From the NCBI GenBank assembly GCA_963719085.1, contig CAVRAL010000001.1:160001-224000 (forward strand): a DNA stretch of 64,000 nt. The letters run 5' to 3'. Below, piece by piece: positions 57,989 through 64,000 of the stretch (position 1 is the stretch's first letter; every line of letters begins with the position of its first letter). Origin of the DNA: a candidate division FCPU426 bacterium (GTDB lineage: Bacteria; Oederibacteriota; Muellerivitia; Muellerivitales; Muellerivitaceae). The notes beneath the pieces are model-generated. The model did not search any database and had not been told where the DNA came from. It was given only the letters and a program-made list of their open reading frames with translations. Both the position numbers and the translations under genes were made by a program.

Positions 57989-58253
57989 GTCATTTTTACA
58001 TTCGGATTCTAAGACTACGCCTTCTACGCCACTCAACACCTACTACACCTGGCTTGGAATCCGAATGAAAGAATGACAGCCAAAAAAAGAAGTTAAAAAG
58101 TCATTCTGTAACAACCCCTGAAGCCGGGGGATTCAGGGGTTTATGAAAAGATGAATCCTATTTATTAGGGAATCATCTTTGGGCGCCATTGGAAGCTGTC
58201 CCTTCAAATGGCCATGGGGGACGACCTCCTTGTTATTGGCGGTCCGAAGTCGG
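57989..58253 (+). ncRNA. candidate structured RNA (unknown family)
   Basis: Four consecutive stems, with G-U wobbles favouring the + strand in the first; no recognised family. Confidence 0.3.
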
Positions 58254-58270
58254 TTTTATAGAAGTTATTT

Positions 58271-59431
58271 TTGGAGGCAGTTTTGAATTTTAAGACTCGA
58301 CAATTGGAATCGCCGGATTTTCTGCTTTTCCTGATCACCCTGATTCTCACGACTTCGGGACTGATCATGGTCTATAGCGCGTCGGCCATTTTGGCCCACG
58401 ATGAGTACGGCAATTCTTACTATTTCTTCGGCCGCCAACTCCTTTGGATTTTGGTGGGAAGCGCCGCGGCTTGGGTCGTCAGCCGGGTCGATTTGGAAAC
58501 CTTCCGGAGCCTGGCCATACCGGCCCTTTTGGTTGGGTTTTTCCTCATGGCCCTGGTTTGCGTGCCGGGCATCGGCCGCACCGTGGGCGGAGCCCAGCGC
58601 TGGTTTCGCTTGGGCCCCCTTTCGTTCCAGCCTTCCGAAGTCATGAAAATCATCCTGATCTTTTACCTGGCGGATTCCTTGGACCGGCGCCGGCATCTTT
58701 TGGTCAACTTTTCCGGGCTCATGCCCTACCTGGTTATTTTGGGGATCACCATGGTCTTTTTGGAAAAACAACATGACTTCGGGACGGCCGTACTCCTGGC
58801 TTTGGTCACCATCCTGATGCTCTTTTTGGCCGGCATGCCCTGGGGTTATTTCGTGATCCCGGTTTCCATCCTGATCCCGGTTTTTATCTTCCTGGTGGAA
58901 TCGGCCAGCTACCGCATGCGCCGCATCACGGCCTTTTTGAATCCTTGGGACGACCCGCAAGGCGCCGGATTCCAGCTGATTCAAAGCTTGATCGCGGTGG
59001 GCTCGGGCGGGCCCTTCGGCGTGGGACTTTCCAACAGCTCCCAAAAGCTTTTTTACCTGCCGGCTCCGCACACGGATTTTATCTTCGCCATCATCTGCGA
59101 AGAGCTGGGATTGGTGGGGGCGGGGGCTTTGGTGGCCTTCTTCGCTTTTTTCATCCTGCGGGGATTCAAGGTGGCCGAAACCGTAGGGGCCCGCCAGGGC
59201 GGTTTTTTCGCGTTCCTTTTGGCTTCGGGCATTACGGCTTTGATCGGCTTCCAGGCCATCGTGAACTTGGGCGTGGTGACCGGGCTTTTGCCCACCAAGG
59301 GAATTCCCTTGCCGCTGATTTCGTACGGCGGATCGTCCATGGTCTTCACCCTGGTCTCCATCGGCATTCTTTTCAACATTTCCCGGGGGGTGAAGCTGCA
59401 TTTCCCCTTCAGCGGAAAAAGGACGGTTTGA
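58271..59431 (+). CDS. ftsW: peptidoglycan polymerase FtsW
   Basis: MVYSAS, FQPSE, HTDFIF and PLISYGGSS motifs. Confidence 0.96.
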   Translation: MEAVLNFKTRQLESPDFLLFLITLILTTSGLIMVYSASAILAHDEYGNSYYFFGRQLLWILVGSAAAWVVSRVDLETFRSLAIPALLVGFFLMALVCVPGIGRTVGGAQRWFRLGPLSFQPSEVMKIILIFYLADSLDRRRHLLVNFSGLMPYLVILGITMVFLEKQHDFGTAVLLALVTILMLFLAGMPWGYFVIPVSILIPVFIFLVESASYRMRRITAFLNPWDDPQGAGFQLIQSLIAVGSGGPFGVGLSNSSQKLFYLPAPHTDFIFAIICEELGLVGAGALVAFFAFFILRGFKVAETVGARQGGFFAFLLASGITALIGFQAIVNLGVVTGLLPTKGIPLPLISYGGSSMVFTLVSIGILFNISRGVKLHFPFSGKRTV

Positions 59432-59435
59432 GGAT

Positions 59436-60563
59436 ATGACGGATATGGACCGCGGCGAAAAAGTGAAGGTCATCATCACCGGCGGCGGCACGGGCGGCCA
59501 CGTGTTTCCGGGCATCGCTTTGGCGCAAGAATTGGGACGCCGTTCCTCGGTGAAAGTTCTTTATGTGGGCAAGGTGACCGGGCCTGAAAGCAAATGGGTC
59601 ACGGACCGGGGATTGCCCTTTGAGGGGATCAACGCCAGCGGTTTTCCGCGGGGCTTCAGTTTAAAACTTTTCACCTTTTGGATCGACCTATTGAGGGGAT
59701 TTTCCCAGGCCTCTGGAATTTTGAAAAAATTCCGGCCCCAAGTGGTTTTTTCAACCGGCGGCTACGTGTCGGTGCCGGTGTCGGTGGCGGCGGCGTTGAA
59801 GGGGATTCCGGTGTTGTTGTTCGAGCCCAACGTGACACCGGGCTTGGCGGCCCGGGTTTTGTCCTTTTTCTCAAGCCGGGTTTTCACGGGATTTAAAAAA
59901 ACCTCGGAAACTTTCGCCAGGTCCAAATCAGTTTGGAGCGGGATCCCGGTGCGCCGGGAGATTTTAGAGGCCCGAAAAGAGGAAGCCCTGAAAAGTTTCG
60001 GTCTGGACGGCGAAAAGATCACCCTGCTTCTTTTGGGGGGGAGCCAGGGGGCCCATGCCTTGAACCAAATGATGAGCGGCGCGATCCAGGTATTGAACGA
60101 CGGCGCCGATCCCTTGCAGGTTTTGATGATGACGGGATTTTCCGATTATCAATGGGTGCTCGATGAGACGGGCAAATGCGCTTTGAAGGTGGTCTTGCGG
60201 CCCTTTTTCAGCGACATCCAACAGGCTTACGCGGCCGCGGATTTGGTCGTGGCCCGCTCCGGCGCCATTACTTGCGCGGAGCTTTTATCCCGGGGCCTGC
60301 CGTCCCTGTTGATCCCTTATCCCCACGCCTCGGGCCACCAGGAAGCCAACGCGCGGGCGCTGGAAGAAGCCGGCGCGGCGGAAGTGTTGCTCGAAAAAGA
60401 TTTGCAAAAGGGTTTTTTGGCCGACCGGATCCACGATTTGGTCGCTCATCCGGAACGTTTAAAGCGCATGGGCCTCAAGGCCCGTGAAATTTACAAAGAG
60501 GACGCCTCGGCCTTGATCGCCGAGAACCTGTTGGAATTCGCGTCGCAAAGGAAAAGCGCATGA
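59436..60563 (+). CDS. murG: lipid II GlcNAc transferase
   Basis: GGGTGGH, GGYVS, GGSQGA and RSGA motifs. Confidence 0.96.
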   Translation: MTDMDRGEKVKVIITGGGTGGHVFPGIALAQELGRRSSVKVLYVGKVTGPESKWVTDRGLPFEGINASGFPRGFSLKLFTFWIDLLRGFSQASGILKKFRPQVVFSTGGYVSVPVSVAAALKGIPVLLFEPNVTPGLAARVLSFFSSRVFTGFKKTSETFARSKSVWSGIPVRREILEARKEEALKSFGLDGEKITLLLLGGSQGAHALNQMMSGAIQVLNDGADPLQVLMMTGFSDYQWVLDETGKCALKVVLRPFFSDIQQAYAAADLVVARSGAITCAELLSRGLPSLLIPYPHASGHQEANARALEEAGAAEVLLEKDLQKGFLADRIHDLVAHPERLKRMGLKAREIYKEDASALIAENLLEFASQRKSA

Positions 60564-61960
60564 GCCTGTCCCAGTTTTTAACCCAGCCCCTGGGGTCCGT
60601 GAAAAGGGTCCATTTTATCGGCATCGGCGGCGCCGGCATGAGCGGCATCGCGGCGGTGCTCTTGAGCCTGAAATACCAAGTAACGGGATCGGACTTGAAA
60701 CCCAGTGAAGTGACGGACCGCTTGATCGCCATGGGCGCCAAGATCGCCTTTGGCCACAAGGCCGCCAACGCGGTGGGTTCGGACGTGGTGGTTTATTCGG
60801 CGGCGGTTCCCTTGGACAATCCGGAGATCACCGAAGCCCAAAAGCGGCAAATCCCGGTGATCCAACGCACCGAAATGCTGGCCGAACTGATGCGGCTCAA
60901 ATACGGAATCGCGGTCTCGGGCACCCACGGTAAAACCACGACCACTTCCATGATCGGGCTGGCTTTGACCGAGGGAAAACTGGACCCGACCTTGGTGATT
61001 GGGGGCCAAGTGGACGCTTTCAAGTCCAACGCCAAACTGGGAAAAAGCGATTATCTGGTGGCCGAGGCCTGCGAGGCTTTCGGCGAGTTTTTCCTGCTCT
61101 CGCCCATGATTTCCATCATCACCAATATCGACGACGATCACTTGGACTATTACGGTTCCATCGAGAAGGTGCGGGATTCTTTCGTGACCTTCGCCAACAA
61201 AGTTCCTTTTTATGGCTGCGTGATTTTGGGGATCGATGACAAGCAGATCCAGTCCATGGTCGGGCAAATTAAGCGCCGGGTAGTGACCTATGGGCTTCAA
61301 AAACCGGCCCAGGTGATGGCCCGCAAGATCAAATACGAAAAAGCCGGGTCGATCTTTGAGGTGGCCCGGGACGGAAAAAAGCTCGGCGTGGTCCACTTGG
61401 GCGTGCCGGGCCGGTTCAACATTCAAAACGCTTTGGCCGCCATTTCGGTGGCGCTGGAACTCAAAGTTCCCTTCAAGGCGATCGCGGCGGGGTTGGCCCG
61501 CTTCCATGGGGCCCAGCGCCGCTTTGAGATCAAGGGAACCTTCAAGGGCGCCACGGTGGTCGATGATTACGCCCACCATCCCACAGCGGTCTTGGAAACC
61601 TTGAAAGCGGCCAAGCATTTCGCCGGAAGCAAAAAGTTGGTGGTGGTGTTTCAACCCCATCTTTTTTCCCGGACCCAATTGCTCCGGGACAAATTCGGCA
61701 AGGCCTTTGGCGACGCGGATGAGGTGATCATCACCGCCGTTTATCCTTCCCGGGAAAAGCCGATCCCGGGCGTGACGGGCAAAACTTTGGTGGAGGCGAT
61801 CCGGGAAAACGGCCACAAGTCGGTGGCGTCTTTTGAGGATAAGACGGCCCTTTTGGAATATTTAAAAGGCCATCTGACCGGCAAACATGTGCTTTTGACC
61901 ATGGGCGCGGGGGATATCTGGAAACTGGGTTCGGACCTGGTCCAGAAACATAAAGGTTAG
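60560..61960 (+). CDS. murC: UDP-MurNAc-L-Ala ligase
   Basis: GIGGAGMS, GTHGKTTT, DDYAHHP and FQPH motifs. Confidence 0.97.
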   Translation: MSLSQFLTQPLGSVKRVHFIGIGGAGMSGIAAVLLSLKYQVTGSDLKPSEVTDRLIAMGAKIAFGHKAANAVGSDVVVYSAAVPLDNPEITEAQKRQIPVIQRTEMLAELMRLKYGIAVSGTHGKTTTTSMIGLALTEGKLDPTLVIGGQVDAFKSNAKLGKSDYLVAEACEAFGEFFLLSPMISIITNIDDDHLDYYGSIEKVRDSFVTFANKVPFYGCVILGIDDKQIQSMVGQIKRRVVTYGLQKPAQVMARKIKYEKAGSIFEVARDGKKLGVVHLGVPGRFNIQNALAAISVALELKVPFKAIAAGLARFHGAQRRFEIKGTFKGATVVDDYAHHPTAVLETLKAAKHFAGSKKLVVVFQPHLFSRTQLLRDKFGKAFGDADEVIITAVYPSREKPIPGVTGKTLVEAIRENGHKSVASFEDKTALLEYLKGHLTGKHVLLTMGAGDIWKLGSDLVQKHKG

Positions 61961-61969
61961 GAAAAAATG

Positions 61970-62053
61970 ACCACCAAGGCACCAAGACACCAAGGAAGGC
62001 GGAAAGAAAATTCGATTTGTTTTTTTCTTGGTGTCTTGGCGTCTTGGTGGTGA
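61970..62053 (+). repeat. family A palindrome, copy 6
   Basis: ACCACCAAGGCACCAAGACACCAAG ... CTTGGTGTCTTGGCGTCTTGGTGGT. Confidence 0.85.
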
Positions 62054-62067
62054 GGAACTTTTTCGTC

Positions 62068-63015
62068 GTGGATTTTGGGGAACTGAAGAAACGGCTTAAG
62101 GGCCGGGTGGAATTGGGCGCCTCAATGGCGCTAGCGACCAGCTACCACATCGGGGGCGCCGCGGGGGCCTTGGTGGAGCCGCAAGACGTGGAAGATTTAA
62201 AGACTTTGATGGGCTGGCTTGGGGAAACCCAGACGCCCTACCTCATTTTGGGCGGGGGAAGCAACCTGCTTTTCGCCGATGAGGGCTTTCAAGGCGTGGT
62301 GATCCGCCTGGGACGCGGGTTCCAAGGCGTGCAGGTGGAAGGGGATCGGGTTCGGGTGAAAGCCGCCACCAAATTGGTGACGGTTCTCAATCGGGCCCGG
62401 GAAGAAAACCTGGGGGGCGTCGAGTTTTTCGCCGGCATCCCGGGAACCATCGGCGGGGCGGTGTCCGGGAACGCCGGGGCTAAAAAGGCCTGGATCGGGC
62501 CCACGGTGGAGGAGCTTTTGATCGTGACGCCTGAGGGCGAGGCGAAGGTTTTAAAGAAGGCGGACTACGTTTACGGATACCGCGCCTCCTCGTTGAAGAT
62601 GAGCGGAAATGTTTTGGTGGAGGCGGTCTTGAGGCTCAAAAAAGAGCCCCAGGCGGAGATTGAAAAAAAAGTGAGGGACTATTTCAAGGTGCGCCGGGGG
62701 AAACAGCCCCGGGTGGAGCCCAACGCGGGAAGCGTTTTTAAGAACCCCGAGGGAAACTTCGCGGGGCGTTTAACCGAGTCGGTGGGACTCAAAGGCTTCA
62801 AGGTGGGCGGGGCTGAGGTGAGCCAAATTCACGCCAACTTTATCGTGAACGACGGAAAGGCCAAGGCCCGCGATGTGGTGGCGGTGATGCGGGAGATTCA
62901 GAAACGGGTATGGGCTGAGTACCAGATCAAACTGGAGCCTGAAATCCTTCCCTTGGGGGATTGGGATTGGGCCGAGATTCAGGATGTGTGGTGGAATTTG
63001 GAAAAGAAGTTTTGA
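62068..63015 (+). CDS. murB: UDP-N-acetylenolpyruvoylglucosamine reductase
   Basis: GGGSNLL, GIPGTIGG, AGSVFKNP, HANFIVN and LEPE motifs. Confidence 0.96.
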   Translation: MDFGELKKRLKGRVELGASMALATSYHIGGAAGALVEPQDVEDLKTLMGWLGETQTPYLILGGGSNLLFADEGFQGVVIRLGRGFQGVQVEGDRVRVKAATKLVTVLNRAREENLGGVEFFAGIPGTIGGAVSGNAGAKKAWIGPTVEELLIVTPEGEAKVLKKADYVYGYRASSLKMSGNVLVEAVLRLKKEPQAEIEKKVRDYFKVRRGKQPRVEPNAGSVFKNPEGNFAGRLTESVGLKGFKVGGAEVSQIHANFIVNDGKAKARDVVAVMREIQKRVWAEYQIKLEPEILPLGDWDWAEIQDVWWNLEKKF

Positions 63016-63075
63016 ATTTTAAGTTCTAAGTTTTGAGTTCTTAAACTTAAAACTAAAAACTGAGAACTCAAAACT
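63008..63075. repeat. 7-mer periodic palindrome
   Basis: TTTTGAA TTTTAAG TTCTAAG TTTTGAG ... CTTAAAA CTAAAAA CTGAGAA CTCAAAA. Confidence 0.75.
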
Positions 63076-63089
63076 AGGGCAGGAAACGA

Positions 63090-64000
63090 ATGAGTACAAG
63101 GAAAGCAATGAAGCCGAAAACCGGAGCGGGAAAATTGAAAGTGGGTGTCCTGATGGGCGGTTGGAGCTCGGAACGCGCGGTGTCTTTGGTCTCGGGCCAA
63201 AAGGCGGCGGAGGCTTTGAAAAAGGCGGGCTTTTCCGTGGCGATTTTGGATTTGACCTCCACCGACCGGAACGAAAAGAAACTCGCGGCGAGGTTGAAAA
63301 AGGCCCGCTTGGACGCGGCTTTGATCGCCTTGCATGGCGGTTACGGGGAGAACGGCGGCATCCAGTCCTTGCTCGAACGTTTGAGGATTCCCTATACGGG
63401 ATCGGGTCCCTTGGCTTGCGGATTGGCCATGCAAAAGGCCTGCGCCAAGCTGGTGCTGGAAGCCAACGCGGTGCCGACGGCGCCTTGGCAGGCGTTGGAA
63501 CGAAAAACCTCGAATGACAATCGGGGCAAAGAAGTGATCTTGAAATTGCCGCTGGTGGTCAAGCCCGCGGACGGGGGATCGGCGATCGGGGTGACGATCG
63601 CGCGCAAAAAAGAACAATTGAGCCCGGCCTTGAAAACGGCCTTTAAAACCAGCCAATGGGCGGTGGTGGAGAAATTCATCGAGGGAGTGGAAGTGACGGC
63701 GGGAGTTTTGGAAGACAAGGCGCTTCCTTTAATCGAGATAGTGCCCGCGAACGATTTTTACGATTACGACGCCAAATACACGCCGGGCCGCTCCAAACAC
63801 GTGATTCCGGCCCGGTTGTCCAAGGCGGTGACGAAAAAAGTCCAAGCCGCGGCGTTAAAGGCGGGCCGGGTATTGGGATGCCGTGATTTTTACCGGGTGG
63901 ACTTGATCGTGCCGAAAAAAGGCGGCCCGCAAGTTTTGGAAGTGAACACGGTTCCGGGCATGACGGGAACCAGTCTTTTTCCGGAGGCCGCGGCGAAGGC
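63090..64000 (+). CDS. ddl: D-alanine--D-alanine ligase (3' truncated by window)
   Basis: Translated by hand: VLMGGWSSERAVS, ALHGGYGE, PYTGSG, YDYDAKY and EVNTVPGMT motifs. Confidence 0.95.
   Translation, partial: MSTRKAMKPKTGAGKLKVGVLMGGWSSERAVSLVSGQKAAEALKKAGFSVAILDLTSTDRNEKKLAARLKKARLDAALIALHGGYGENGGIQSLLERLRIPYTGSGPLACGLAMQKACAKLVLEANAVPTAPWQALERKTSNDNRGKEVILKLPLVVKPADGGSAIGVTIARKKEQLSPALKTAFKTSQWAVVEKFIEGVEVTAGVLEDKALPLIEIVPANDFYDYDAKYTPGRSKHVIPARLSKAVTKKVQAAALKAGRVLGCRDFYRVDLIVPKKGGPQVLEVNTVPGMTGTSLFPEAAAK

Overview
A mostly housekeeping 64-kb stretch from a moderately GC-rich bacterium, probably diderm (GT9 heptosyltransferase-like gene, DNPR-type MurE). In order it holds: truA; a futalosine-pathway menaquinone cluster (ubiD, ubiE/menG, ubiX, ubiA, mqnE, mqnA, mqnC); queF; a speE with an apparent homopolymer frameshift; rplM-rpsI; pcrA/uvrD; gatCAB; glpK; assorted membrane and secreted proteins; and a dcw cluster from mraZ to ddl (cut by the window end) with two STAS genes between mraZ and rsmH. 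The one clear accessory element is a complete 3.8-kb AT-rich IS1595-family transposon (14837-18641; 25-bp TIRs, exact 8-bp CTATTTCT target duplication) inserted just upstream of the rplM -35. It carries an IrrE/ImmA-like gene pair, an XRE regulator with tandem operators facing a lipoprotein, a stand-alone Cas2/VapD-like gene and two unlisted micro-ORFs. Other signals worth testing: a candidate metal-sensing leader ORF (Cys-rich, PPPR end) ahead of a CxxCGC beta-barrel protein; several families of periodic palindromic intergenic repeats; a highly structured 270-nt region between murD and ftsW; and a duplicated gene-end scar flanking a methyltransferase-sulfatase cassette. No rRNA, tRNA or CRISPR array was seen. 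Family calls come from motif recognition by eye, not database searches.
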